Shown: positions 52,154-61,837, numbered from the stretch's first letter. The stretch is 64,000 nucleotides of DNA from Formivibrio citricus (GCF_900115065.1 NZ_FOVE01000010.1:1-64000); one strand, 5' to 3'. Notes: generated by a model not told the origin, from the sequence alone. Program-made: numbers and translations.

Positions 52154-52639
52154 ATGATCTTTAGCATCCACGGGTACAGACATTGTTTTCAGGTTGCCCA
52201 TCCCGGCAGCCCAGTGACCGTCGAGCGGTACACGCGTTACCGTGAGCCCGTCTATCTTCACTGCCCAATCCATGGGGAAGTGAAAGCATCTTCAGCGGCC
52301 AACGTGCTGCTCGCCACGCACGCTTGTCCAAAGTGCGGAGAAGAGGCCAGTCAGGCAACGAGCTATCCATCGCCAGAAAATGAAGGCCATAAAAGACGGC
52401 TGAGCGATAGTGTCCTGCAACGGAGGATGGCAAAATCATCCACCCCTGATTGCTTCGATGTTCATCGAGACCCGTCGGACCCCTTGTTTGCGCTTTTTAT
52501 ATGCCCCCGCCATGGGCCGCAAAAAGTGCGAATCGGGGCTTTGGTCTGTGGCTGCGTCTTGTGTCGGAAGGATCGGAATCAGGCAAAACGTGAGGCCAAG
52601 CAGCAAATGGCATCAAGTCGGACGAAGATTCGCAAATAA
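52154..52639 (+). CDS. Cys/His-rich hypothetical protein.
   Basis: CPIHG...CPKCGEE...CPRHG...CGCVLC, zinc-ribbon-like pairs. Confidence 0.3.
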   Translation: MIFSIHGYRHCFQVAHPGSPVTVERYTRYREPVYLHCPIHGEVKASSAANVLLATHACPKCGEEASQATSYPSPENEGHKRRLSDSVLQRRMAKSSTPDCFDVHRDPSDPLFALFICPRHGPQKVRIGALVCGCVLCRKDRNQAKREAKQQMASSRTKIRK

Positions 52640-52794
52640 AACAGTGTGGACATCCCGGGAAAACAGCCGTGCCAAGTGATGGGCGCCGGAACAGGACTCC
52701 AGCCCGATCAGGCAGGGAGGCAGCTAGGCGATCAAATCCAGCAACTGACTACGTGGTATCTTGGGTTTAATGAGTTCCGCCTTGCCTGTTTCAT

Positions 52795-52990
52795 TCACGC
52801 CATGCACTGCAAAGACATTCTTGGCGAGATGGAAGCCAGCGGTGATAATAGCTATGGATTTCCCCTTCCGTAAGCGATTTGATGAAATCTGGAAATTCCA
52901 TTATGGCACTTCGTTGCCGCAGCGGCTTCCGCCGCAGCCTCGGGACGGGGAAGTCCCTTTATTCGTTAGGTTGCATCAGTCATTTGCAAC
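52795..52990 (+). repeat. Direct repeat of about 190 bp, copy 2, immediately upstream of the TIR gene.
   Basis: See copy 1 at 45330-45520. This copy contains an extra palindromic 18-mer, cagcggcttccgccgcag. Confidence 0.7.
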
Positions 52991-53020
52991 GACCATCAAA
53001 ACTTCATACATAGGGCCACG

Positions 53021-53764
53021 ATGGCGATTCCAAAAGCGTTCATTTCTTACTCACATGATTCCCAGGATCATAAAAAATGGGTTCTTGACCTTGCCACTCG
53101 CCTTCGAAACAACGGCATTGACGCCATCCTAGATCAATGGGATTTGAAGCCTGGCGATGACCTCCCTCGTTTCATGGAGCAGGGGTTGATAGCTGCGGAT
53201 CGTGTGCTCATGGTCTGCACAGATAAATACGTAGAAAAAGCGAACGCGGGCGCTGGCGGAGTCGGATATGAAAAGATGATCGTCACGGCTGACCTACTAA
53301 AGACGATCGATTCAAATAAGGTCATTCCATTGATTCGTCAAAGCGGGAGCCACAACGTTCCGACCTTCCTTCGTTCAAAACTGTTCTTGGATTTTTCGCG
53401 CCCAGATCAATTCGAATTCTCATTTGATGAACTGATTCGTACATTGCACAATGCACCTCTCTACGAGAAGCCTATCATTGCGAACAATCCATTCACCCCA
53501 GTAACGGAAACCCCGCCCAATCGCACAGGAGATGGGGTTTTGGTAGTTATGAAGCTAGTCGTCGCCAAATTTGAAAGTCAATCGACCGATTACATTAACT
53601 ATGGATCACTCGTCAGGCATGCTCCGATGTCCAGAATTATGTTTGATTTATATATCGAGGAAGCCAAGTCAGAAGGCCTAATTACTCAAGACCCTGACAG
53701 AGATATTCGTCTCACAGGTAAGGGTAAGCATTACGCGATTCAGCACAAAATTATTAGGCAGTGA
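53021..53764 (+). CDS. TIR-domain protein with a C-terminal helical/wHTH-like extension.
   Basis: KAFISYSHDSQDHKKWVLDLATRLRNNGIDAILDQWDLKPGDDL...RVLMVCTDKYVEKAN is the classic bacterial TIR N-terminal pattern, including the catalytic-Glu region in ...FMEQGL. Confidence 0.75.
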   Translation: MAIPKAFISYSHDSQDHKKWVLDLATRLRNNGIDAILDQWDLKPGDDLPRFMEQGLIAADRVLMVCTDKYVEKANAGAGGVGYEKMIVTADLLKTIDSNKVIPLIRQSGSHNVPTFLRSKLFLDFSRPDQFEFSFDELIRTLHNAPLYEKPIIANNPFTPVTETPPNRTGDGVLVVMKLVVAKFESQSTDYINYGSLVRHAPMSRIMFDLYIEEAKSEGLITQDPDRDIRLTGKGKHYAIQHKIIRQ

Positions 53765-53860
53765 GAAATGCAACCTAACAATTCCGTCCAAGCCGACGCG
53801 GCTAGGCGGCCTGGCTTAACTCGGGTGGTTGTGCACAAATCCAGTCAATGATCGAGAAAT

Positions 53861-54301
53861 ATGGAATCAATAATTAAGACCCTATCAGACCCAGGCGCTT
53901 GGGTTAGCGGCATTCTGTTCAGTTTAGTCGCCACAGTTATCTACAAATGGTTTAGCGTACTTCCAAGCCAAATCCGAGGCGTTTCACGTACCAAACGCTT
54001 GAGCGCCCATCGCAAGTTACGGGCGGCAAGGCAAAACCCAATGGAAATCGCCTACGTTATCGGGAATGCAAATGCGCAGTTCGTTGCGTTCCTCTTAATG
54101 TGTTTTTTTTACATCGGTGCAATACTTGTTTCCGAGACATTTAGGAAAATCCTCGGTCAGTCAATATTTGTGGGGCTCGTCGCTGGTTCGCCAATTCTTA
54201 TCTTCGAACTCGTTTGGCTTTTTAACGACTTATTTGCTAAGCGTCTTGTTCGCGAGCATGGGAAGTTACTCAAGTATCGCTCTCGCAAGAATGTGTCCTA
54301 A
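53861..54301 (+). CDS. Small multi-TM protein (3-4 helices) next to the TIR gene.
   Basis: WVSGILFSLVATVIYKWF; FVAFLLMCFFYIGAILV; IFVGLVAGSPILIFELVWLF. Confidence 0.5.
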   Translation: MESIIKTLSDPGAWVSGILFSLVATVIYKWFSVLPSQIRGVSRTKRLSAHRKLRAARQNPMEIAYVIGNANAQFVAFLLMCFFYIGAILVSETFRKILGQSIFVGLVAGSPILIFELVWLFNDLFAKRLVREHGKLLKYRSRKNVS

Positions 54302-54412
54302 CGAATAGCGTTTATCCGCCGCTATGATGCAGCTATCTCATCAACCATTTCCGCTGCGGCGGATAAACGCTATTCGTTCGGCCTAAATCCACGTCATCAC
54401 AGGAGTTTTTTA

Positions 54413-54745
54413 ATGGACACGGTTTATTCAGTAGCAGAGCAAGTCAAGATCAAGAACGAGGTAGGCACATCGCAACGCCCCAAATGCAGTTGCGGGGCTT
54501 GGATCGATCATTGGAAAAAATACAGCAAAAAGAGTCCTGGCAAATGTTCAGTTGCAGGCTGCAACAACGATGCAACCCTCGGCGCGCATGTAACAAGGCC
54601 CGCCGCGAAAAACGAAGACTACAAAACTCACTCCTATCTTGTTCCCATGTGCGCTGAACACAACGGGAAACACGGCGAAACGTTCACGTCCAAGCCGAAC
54701 TGTACTTTCGTGTGGGCAAACGTTAGCCAAACCTGCGGGAGCTAA
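54413..54745 (+). CDS. Small Cys/His-rich protein (zinc-ribbon/HNH-like, tentative).
   Basis: CSCGAWIDHW...CSVAGCNN...PMCAEHNGKHG. Confidence 0.3.
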   Translation: MDTVYSVAEQVKIKNEVGTSQRPKCSCGAWIDHWKKYSKKSPGKCSVAGCNNDATLGAHVTRPAAKNEDYKTHSYLVPMCAEHNGKHGETFTSKPNCTFVWANVSQTCGS

Positions 54746-54862
54746 TCCTCTTGGCTTGTCATCCGAGGCCGAACCCATCATTCCACCGGACCTGCGCGAA
54801 AAGCCGCGCAGTCCGGTGAATTCAGACGTTATGCACCTAACTAGTCGCTGTCGAAAGGTCTA

Positions 54863-55795
54863 TTGATGGAAAACTTTGAAGCCAAGGGACTACTGTCCGT
54901 CGAGGTGAAGGCTTCCCCGATAGTAGCGGGCACCCCTGCGACAGTGAGTTTGATAATTCGAAATCCGTTTTCGGAACAGGTTGTCATCGAGTCAATTCAA
55001 GCGCCATCGTCAGCCCCATTGCTTCCGTCGCAAGTTGGAGAGGACGAAAAGTCGTCTCACGGAATGGACAAGAAACCGGGTTTTTTTGAAAGTTTTGTTT
55101 CAGCCTTCGTCATGTTTAAGGTAAAGGAAATTAGCGTCGGCCCACTTACTGCGGAGTTTCCGGCACCACGAGGGCGGCATTTCCACATAAACATGGAGCC
55201 ACAGTCAAAGCTGACTGTGAAAACCCCGTTTGGTCCTAATGACAACGTACATATCAATAATGCCGAGGGCGCAGAGGTCGTGTTCGACACTCCTGACGCA
55301 AAAGCCGATCCCGGAGACAGTAAAGAGAGAGTAATTCCGCCTCATCAGGAAGACTTGGCTTCGTTTGAGTTGAAGACTGCTCATTGGCTATTGGTGAAAC
55401 CAAAAGTGCTCGACTTATATGCGCTCATAAGATTCAGGGTTGGTGATGAACCGCGCAGCCAAGTTGTTCCAGTCACGGTATCTGTTCAACCGCCCGTGAA
55501 GTCGATTGTCCTCGGCACAGTTTCCGGTGGCATTCTCGGATGGCTCGCCCGGCAGTTGAATAAAGGCATTCTTTCCTCTGAGTTTTCAGCAGCCGCGTCA
55601 ATTGTTAGCGTGCTTGGAATCATCGTAATGGCCATGATTCTTGCCATCGTTTTGTCTCGGCAGGAATCGTCGAAAGGGTTCGTTACGCTTGAAGACTTCT
55701 ACGGCGCTTTTGTTGTTGGAGCTATTCTCGGATATACAGGAACGCAATATTTCGAAGCGTCAATTAAGGCTGCAGTAGGTAGTTCAGGTGTATAA
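54863..55795 (+). CDS. Hypothetical protein with C-terminal TM helices.
   Basis: 310-aa ORF. The C-terminal region IVSVLGIIVMAMILAIVL...FVVGAILGY is hydrophobic. Confidence 0.35.
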   Translation: MMENFEAKGLLSVEVKASPIVAGTPATVSLIIRNPFSEQVVIESIQAPSSAPLLPSQVGEDEKSSHGMDKKPGFFESFVSAFVMFKVKEISVGPLTAEFPAPRGRHFHINMEPQSKLTVKTPFGPNDNVHINNAEGAEVVFDTPDAKADPGDSKERVIPPHQEDLASFELKTAHWLLVKPKVLDLYALIRFRVGDEPRSQVVPVTVSVQPPVKSIVLGTVSGGILGWLARQLNKGILSSEFSAAASIVSVLGIIVMAMILAIVLSRQESSKGFVTLEDFYGAFVVGAILGYTGTQYFEASIKAAVGSSGV

Positions 55796-56116
55796 CATGG
55801 AAGCTCCGCTGATAAGGCCGGCTCCGCGCCGGTTAACTCTACTACAAGGGCTTCCCCGTCGAATGCAATAGTTTCGACGTTCTTTTCGGTTTGAGTTTTG
55901 CGGCATCGCCGGCCTGATTGGCTGAGAAGGAGAAGGACTGCGAAACTACACCGGTCATTGCGGGCTCATGGCTCATACCTGATAAGGGCGCGCACGGCGC
56001 CACTTATCTTATATACATGTCGGTTTCTAGATGGCTAAATAGTGGTGTCTAGTCGCAAATACTGTTCCTCAGTCGCATTTATCGTTCTTGATTCGCAAAT
56101 AATTTTCCTTCTAACA

Positions 56117-56121
56117 GGCGG
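56117..56121. repeat. Target-site duplication GGCGG (right copy).
   Basis: Matches 34709-34713. Confidence 0.6.
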
Positions 56122-56776
56122 CGCCAACCCGCAACCGGGGGAGATTTCCCTCGCACATCACGGCGTATTGTTCCTCGATGAGCTGCCGGAGTTCGACCGC
56201 AAGGTGCTGGAAGTTCTGCGCGAACCGCTCGAATCCGGGCGCATCCTGATTTCCCGCGCCGCCCGGCAGGCAGAGTTCCCCGCGCGCTTCCAGCTCGTCG
56301 CCGCCATGAACCCCTGCCCTTGCGGCTATCTGGGGCACCCACGGCATGCCTGCCGCTGCACGCCCGATCAGGTCAGCAAATACCGCGGAAAAATTTCCGG
56401 CCCGCTGCTCGACCGCATCGACATGATCGTCGAAGTCCCTGTGCTGCCGGAATCGGCGCTGCTCTCCGCCGCCGATGGCGAATCGAGTGCGACGGTGCGC
56501 GAGCGCGTCGCTCAAGCCCGCGAACGGCAGCTAACCCGCCAGGGGCACCCCAACAACGCCCTGCAACCCAAGGCCATCGACATGCATTGCGTTCCGGACA
56601 ATGCCGGCCTCTCCCTGTTGAGCGCCGCCATCAACAAACTGGGGCTGTCGGCGCGCGCCAGCCACCGCATCCTGCGCATGGCACGCACGATTGCCGATCT
56701 GGACAATGCCTCTGCCATACAGTCAAGACACATTGCCGAGGCCATCCAGTACCGGCGAACATTGTCCGGTTCGTAA
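56117..56776 (+). pseudogene. comM: comM 3' fragment.
   Basis: GGANPQPGEISLAHHGVLFLDELPEFDRKVLEVLREPLESGRILISRAAR...FQLVAAMNPCPCG... is collinear with ComM/YifB residues from about 300 onward. It is in the same reading frame as the 5' fragment once the element is removed. Confidence 0.9.
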
Positions 56777-56848
56777 AGCCTTGTTTCAGCCTCTGCCCGA
56801 ATCTTGTAGACTCCCCTGCAACTCGAACCACACTGTTCCACGTGAAAC

Positions 56849-58825
56849 ATGGCTGCTGCACCCAAGTATGACGAATCCTCGGTCAAGGTTCTCAAAGGCC
56901 TTGATCCGGTCCGGCACCGTCCGGGCATGTACACCCGCACCGACAATCCACTGCATATCTGCCAGGAAGTGATCGACAATGCGGCCGACGAAGCCCTTGC
57001 CGGCTTCGCCAGCAAGATCGAAGTTACGCTCTACCGCAACCAGACCATGCATGTGGCCGACAACGGTCGCGGCATCCCGGTCGGTATCCACCCCGAAGAA
57101 GGCGTACCGACCGTGCAGGTTGTCTTCACGCAACTGCACGCCGGCGGCAAGTTCGACAAAAAATCCGGCGGGGCGTATGCGTTCTCCGGAGGCCTGCATG
57201 GGGTGGGCGTATCGGTCACCAATGCGCTGTCCACGCAACTGATCGTCGAGGTCAAGCGCGATGGGCAACAGCACCGTATCGAGTTCGGCGGCGGCGAAGT
57301 CGTCAGCCCGCTCGCGGTCTCCGGCTCGTGCGCCAAGAAAGACACCGGCACCGCCGTGTTTGTCGCGCCCGATCCCAAGTATTTCGACAGCGCCACGATC
57401 CCGGTCGGCGAGCTCGAACACCTGCTCAAATCCAAGGCCGTGCTGTTGCCGGGGCTGGTCGTCACGCTGCAGATCGAACAGGCCAGCGGCGAATTCATTG
57501 CGCGCGAGTGGTGCTACCCGGACGGGCTGACCGGCTACGTGGGCGAACTCGTCGCGGGGTTCACGCAACTGATTCCGATCTTCAAGGGCGAGAAATATGT
57601 CGGCGACGAAGACGAAACCTTCGCGCCTGGCGAAGGCTGCGCCTGGGCACTGACCTGGACCGAGGACGGCCCGGTCAGCCGCGAATCGTACGTGAACCTG
57701 ATTCCGACGCTCGCGGGCGGCACACACGAATCCGGTCTGCGCGACGGCGTGTTCCAGGCCGTGAAAACCTTCATCGATTTCCACAGCCTGCTGCCCAAGG
57801 GCGTGAAGCTGCTGCCGGAAGACCTGTTCAGCCGCTGTACCTTCGTGCTCTCCGCCAAGGTGCTCGACCCGCAATTCCAGGGCCAGACCAAGGACAAACT
57901 CACCAGCCGCGACGGACTGAAGCTGGTCTCGGCCATGGTCAAATCGCCGTTCGAGCTGTGGCTCAACGAACACGTCGACCTCGGCAAGAAGCTCGCCGAG
58001 CTCGCGATTCGCGCAGCCCAGGCCCGGCAGAAGAATGCGCAGAAGGTCGAAAAGAAGAAATCCTCCGGCGTGGCAGTGCTGCCCGGCAAGCTCACCGATT
58101 GCGCCAGCGACGAATCCCAACGCTGCGAGTTGTTCCTCGTCGAAGGGGATTCAGCTGGCGGTTCGGCCAAGCTGGGGCGGGACAAGGACTACCAGGCCAT
58201 CCTGCCCTTGCGCGGCAAGGTGCTCAACACCTGGGAAGTCGATCGCGACCAGATTTTCGCCAACAACGAAGTCCACGACATCGCCGTGGCCATCGGCGTC
58301 GACCCGCACAAGCCCGACGACGCCGCCGATCTTTCCGGTCTGCGCTACGGTAAGATCATCATCATGTCCGATGCCGACGTCGACGGCTCGCATATCCAGG
58401 TGCTGTTGCTGACGCTGTTCTACCGCCATTTCCCGCAACTCATCGCCCACGGCCATGTGCACGTAGCGCAGCCGCCGTTGTATCGCGTCGACGTAGCGGG
58501 CAGCGGCAAGAACAAGCCACCACGCAAATTCTACGCGCTGGATGAAGGCGAGCTCACCGCGATCCTCGACAAGCTGCGCGCCGAGAAAATCCGCGAGGGT
58601 GCCTGGGGCATCAGCCGCTTCAAGGGCCTGGGTGAAATGAACGCCGAGCAATTGTTCGAAACCACCATGAACCCGGAGACCCGCCGCATGCTGCGCGTCT
58701 CAATCCCGCAGGACGTTTCGGCCAACACGCGCGACGTGATGCACATGCTGATGGGCAAATCCGAGGCCAGCAGCCGCCGGGCCTGGCTGGAAGCGCGCGG
58801 CAACGAGGTCGAGGCCGACATCTAA
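56849..58825 (+). CDS. parE: DNA topoisomerase IV subunit B.
   Basis: GHKL ATPase and TOPRIM motifs (...LHICQEVIDNAADEA..., EGDSAGGSAKLGRD). At 658 aa it is ParE-sized rather than GyrB-sized, and it is followed by parC. Confidence 0.88.
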   Translation: MAAAPKYDESSVKVLKGLDPVRHRPGMYTRTDNPLHICQEVIDNAADEALAGFASKIEVTLYRNQTMHVADNGRGIPVGIHPEEGVPTVQVVFTQLHAGGKFDKKSGGAYAFSGGLHGVGVSVTNALSTQLIVEVKRDGQQHRIEFGGGEVVSPLAVSGSCAKKDTGTAVFVAPDPKYFDSATIPVGELEHLLKSKAVLLPGLVVTLQIEQASGEFIAREWCYPDGLTGYVGELVAGFTQLIPIFKGEKYVGDEDETFAPGEGCAWALTWTEDGPVSRESYVNLIPTLAGGTHESGLRDGVFQAVKTFIDFHSLLPKGVKLLPEDLFSRCTFVLSAKVLDPQFQGQTKDKLTSRDGLKLVSAMVKSPFELWLNEHVDLGKKLAELAIRAAQARQKNAQKVEKKKSSGVAVLPGKLTDCASDESQRCELFLVEGDSAGGSAKLGRDKDYQAILPLRGKVLNTWEVDRDQIFANNEVHDIAVAIGVDPHKPDDAADLSGLRYGKIIIMSDADVDGSHIQVLLLTLFYRHFPQLIAHGHVHVAQPPLYRVDVAGSGKNKPPRKFYALDEGELTAILDKLRAEKIREGAWGISRFKGLGEMNAEQLFETTMNPETRRMLRVSIPQDVSANTRDVMHMLMGKSEASSRRAWLEARGNEVEADI

Positions 58826-59389
58826 ATGAAAAAGATCTACCTCGCCGGCCCTGGCGTCTTCCGCGCAGACTGTGCCGCTTGGGGTGAACGCCTCAAAGCC
58901 GCTTGCTCCGCCAACGGCCTGGAAGGGCTTTACCCACTCGATGGCGAGATTCCCGCAGGGCTCACGGAAGTCGCCGAGAAGCGCTTCTGGATCTTTGCCA
59001 ACAATTGCGCGCTGATCCGCCAGGCCGACGCCGTTTTTGCCGACCTGCGTGCCTTCCGTTCCACCAGCGAGCCGGATTCCGGCACCGCCTTTGAAGTCGG
59101 TTTTGCCCACGCACTGAGCAAACCGGTCTGGCTCTGGCTACCCGATTGCGAAGCGGGGATTGAGTTGCGCCAGCGCGTACCCTGCCGGCAGACTCCTGCG
59201 GGCTGGATTGACGCCGATGGAATGAACGTCGAAGACTTTGCCGCCCCGCTCAACCTGATGCTCTGGGAAGCCGCAGCCGGTGTCAGCTACCAGAACGAAC
59301 CCGAAGCGGCCCTGCACGAAATGGCGCAACAACTGCTTGCCGATCTCACAAACCGCCCTGATCCAACTTTGGTTTCACGTGAAACATGA
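58826..59389 (+). CDS. Nucleoside 2-deoxyribosyltransferase-like protein inserted between parE and parC.
   Basis: [10 protein letters not shown]...[19 protein letters not shown]...[18 protein letters not shown] fits the NDT-family pattern. Its ATG directly follows the parE TAA, and its TGA overlaps the parC ATG. Confidence 0.55.
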   Translation: MKKIYLAGPGVFRADCAAWGERLKAACSANGLEGLYPLDGEIPAGLTEVAEKRFWIFANNCALIRQADAVFADLRAFRSTSEPDSGTAFEVGFAHALSKPVWLWLPDCEAGIELRQRVPCRQTPAGWIDADGMNVEDFAAPLNLMLWEAAAGVSYQNEPEAALHEMAQQLLADLTNRPDPTLVSRET

Positions 59390-61773
59390 CCCAAGAATTC
59401 GAACCCCAAGAACTCAATCTCGCTGAAGAAGTTACGGAAGCCGACCCGCCTGTTGCCGACGACGGAGGGAATCTTCGCTACATCCAGGCCCAGATTTCCT
59501 CTGAGCCCGGCGATGGCGAATCGGTCCAGCTCGGCCTTTATGCGGAAAAGAGCTATCTCGAATACGCAATGAGCGTGGTCAAGAGCCGCGCCCTGCCGCA
59601 GGTCGAGGACGGCCAGAAACCGGTACAGCGCCGCATTCTCTTCGCCATGCACGGCCTGGGGCTGACGGCGGGCGCCAAACCGATGAAGTCCGCGCGGATT
59701 GTCGGCGACGTGCTGGGCAAGTATCACCCGCACGGCGACCAGTCGGCCTACGATGCCTTGGTGCGCATCGCGCAGGATTTCTCGCTGCGCTACCCGCTGA
59801 TCGACGGCCACGGCAATTTTGGCTCGCGCGATGGCGATGGCGCAGCGGCATACCGCTATACCGAGGCGCGTTTGACGCCGATTGCGGAACTGCTGCTCTC
59901 GGAAATCGACAAGGGCACCACGGATTTCATCCCCAACTACGACGGCGCTTTTGAGGAACCGGTGCTGCTGCCGGCGCGCCTGCCGGTGCTGCTGCTCAAC
60001 GGCGCAACCGGCATCGCAGTGGGCATGGCCACGGAAGTTCCTTCGCACAATCTCGGCGAAGTCGCCGATGCGGCCGTCGCCCTGATCCGCAACCCGGAGC
60101 TTTCCACGGCCGACCTGATGTCCTATATTCCCGGCCCCGATCTGCCGGGCGGCGGGCAGATCATCTCGGCTGCCCGCGACATCCAGAACGCCTACGAAAC
60201 CGGACGCGGATCGCTGAAGTTGCGCGCCCGCTGGGAAAAGGAAGACCTCGCACGCGGCCAGTGGCAAATCGTCGTCACCCAACTGCCGCAAGGCGCTTCG
60301 GCACAGAAGGTGCTCGAAGAAATCGAGGAACTCACCAATCCGAAGGTGAAGAAGGGCAAGAAAGCCCTGAGCCAGGATCAACTGCAAACCAAGCAGTTGA
60401 TCCTCTCGGTGCTCGACCGCGTGCGCGACGAATCCGGCAAGGATTGTCCGGTACGGTTGGTCTTCGAACCCAAATCCTCGCGCCAGAATCCGGACGAGTT
60501 GATGACACTGCTGCTGGCGAATACTTCGCTCGAAACCAACCTGCCGATCAACATGGTGATGATCGGCCGTGACGGGCGTCCGGCGCAGAAATCGCTGAAG
60601 ACGCTGCTCAGCGAATGGATCGATTTCCGCTTCGTCACGGTCACGCGCCGCACCCGACACCGTCTGGGGCAGGTCAACGACCGCATCCATATCCTGGAAG
60701 GTCGCCTGATTGTCTTCCTCAATATCGACGAGGTCATCCGCATCATCCGCGAGTCGGACGAGCCCAAGGCTGCCCTGATCGCCCGCTTCAACCTCAGCGA
60801 CCGGCAAGCCGAAGACATCCTGGAGATCCGGCTGCGGCAACTGGCACGCCTCGAAGGCATCAAGCTGGAGCAGGAGCTCTCTGATTTGCGCAAGGAAAAA
60901 GACGACCTGGAGCACTTGCTGGCGAACCCGTCCGCGATGCAGAAGCTGGTCGTCAAGGAGATCGAGGCCGACCGCAAGAAGTACGCCGACCCGCGCCGCA
61001 CCCTGATCGAGGAAGCGGAGCGCGCCGTGGTCGAAGTCGCCGTCGTGGACGAACCCACCACGATCATCCTCTCCGACAAGGGCTGGCTGCGCAGCCGGCA
61101 AGGGCATGGCATCGACCTGCAATCGCTCGCCTTCAAGGATGGCGACAAGCTGCTCGCTGCGATCGAATGCCGGACCGTCGACCAGATTGCCTTGTTCGGC
61201 AGCGACGGGCGCGTTTACACGATTGCCGCTTCCAGCGTACCGGGCGGGCGCGGCGATGGTGTACCCGTTACCACGCTGGTCGATCTCGTCGCCAAGAGCC
61301 GCATCACGCAGATGTTCACCGCCAAACCGCAGGATTGGCTGGTCATTGCCAACAGCGCCGGATACGGTTTCACCTGCCAGTTTGAAAACCTGCTCTCGCG
61401 GCAGAAGGCCGGCAAGAGCTTCATCACACTGGAAACGGGTGAAACGCTGCTCAAGGTCACGAGCTATGTTCCACGTGAAACATCGCTGGTGGCCTGCCTG
61501 GCCAAATCGGGCAAACTGCACCTGTTCCCGCTCGCCGAATTCAAGCAGCTCACTGGCGGCGGCAAGGGTGTCATCACCATGGCACTGGACGACAAGGATG
61601 CGCTCTCGGCGATCACAATCAGCGATGGCGAGGTATTGAAGCTTTCCGGAACGGGGCGCGGCGGCAAGGCGGTGGAATTGACGCTGGACGCCAACGACAT
61701 GGCGCCCTATATAGGCAAGCGCGCCCGGAAAGGGAAACCGATCAATGCCGGCTTGAAGTTCCCCGGTTTTTGA
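59386..61773 (+). CDS. parC: DNA topoisomerase IV subunit A.
   Basis: ...[29 protein letters not shown]...HPHGD, the active-site Tyr region. 795 aa. Confidence 0.9.
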   Translation: MTQEFEPQELNLAEEVTEADPPVADDGGNLRYIQAQISSEPGDGESVQLGLYAEKSYLEYAMSVVKSRALPQVEDGQKPVQRRILFAMHGLGLTAGAKPMKSARIVGDVLGKYHPHGDQSAYDALVRIAQDFSLRYPLIDGHGNFGSRDGDGAAAYRYTEARLTPIAELLLSEIDKGTTDFIPNYDGAFEEPVLLPARLPVLLLNGATGIAVGMATEVPSHNLGEVADAAVALIRNPELSTADLMSYIPGPDLPGGGQIISAARDIQNAYETGRGSLKLRARWEKEDLARGQWQIVVTQLPQGASAQKVLEEIEELTNPKVKKGKKALSQDQLQTKQLILSVLDRVRDESGKDCPVRLVFEPKSSRQNPDELMTLLLANTSLETNLPINMVMIGRDGRPAQKSLKTLLSEWIDFRFVTVTRRTRHRLGQVNDRIHILEGRLIVFLNIDEVIRIIRESDEPKAALIARFNLSDRQAEDILEIRLRQLARLEGIKLEQELSDLRKEKDDLEHLLANPSAMQKLVVKEIEADRKKYADPRRTLIEEAERAVVEVAVVDEPTTIILSDKGWLRSRQGHGIDLQSLAFKDGDKLLAAIECRTVDQIALFGSDGRVYTIAASSVPGGRGDGVPVTTLVDLVAKSRITQMFTAKPQDWLVIANSAGYGFTCQFENLLSRQKAGKSFITLETGETLLKVTSYVPRETSLVACLAKSGKLHLFPLAEFKQLTGGGKGVITMALDDKDALSAITISDGEVLKLSGTGRGGKAVELTLDANDMAPYIGKRARKGKPINAGLKFPGF

Positions 61774-61790
61774 AACTTCCCATCCCCATA

Positions 61791-61824
61791 AAACAAGGCC
61801 GCCTCTCCGGGCGGCCTTGTTTTA
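61791..61824. terminator. Bidirectional rho-independent terminator between parC and thiE.
   Basis: AAACAAGGCCGCC-tctccg-GGCGGCCTTGTTTT, a perfect 13-bp stem with A/T runs on both sides. Confidence 0.75.
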
Positions 61825-61837
61825 TGGATCGGGTCAA

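Larger units (their letters stand above)
34714..56116 (+). mobile_element. Tn7-like transposon (tnsA, tnsB, tniB/tnsC, tniQ; no tnsE, no cas) inserted in comM, carrying about 16 kb of cargo.
   Basis: The termini are 5'-TGT...ACA-3'. The left end (34714-34780) and the reverse complement of the right end each carry repeated TnsB-site-like motifs (TATTTGCGAAC / AAATGCGACTGA). A 5-bp TSD flanks both ends. Removing 34714-56121 (21408 bp, which is 3 x 7136) restores an intact comM of about 499 aa. Confidence 0.85.

Noticed and set aside
45330-52990. Integron attC (59-be) sites as the explanation for the 190-bp repeat. Tn7 proper carries an integron.
   Set aside because: Both copies end with GTTAGGT, which looks R'-like. 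However, no complementary R'' core (RYYYAAC) is found at the matching position, there is no intI gene, and 190 bp is too long.
52761-53132. 123-aa ORF upstream of and overlapping the TIR gene start.
   Set aside because: It lies within the conserved 190-bp non-coding repeat and has no motifs. It is likely a leader or regulatory region, not a protein.
34714-56116. CRISPR-associated transposon (CAST). The element is Tn7-like with tniQ and no tnsE.
   Set aside because: No cas genes and no CRISPR-like short direct repeat array are visible anywhere in the element. Targeting to comM is more simply explained by TniQ/TnsD-like site recognition.
56786-61521. Long antisense ORFs (56786-58120- and 59287-61521-) across parE and parC.
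   Set aside because: They are antisense to highly conserved topoisomerase IV genes. They are low-complexity GC artefacts.
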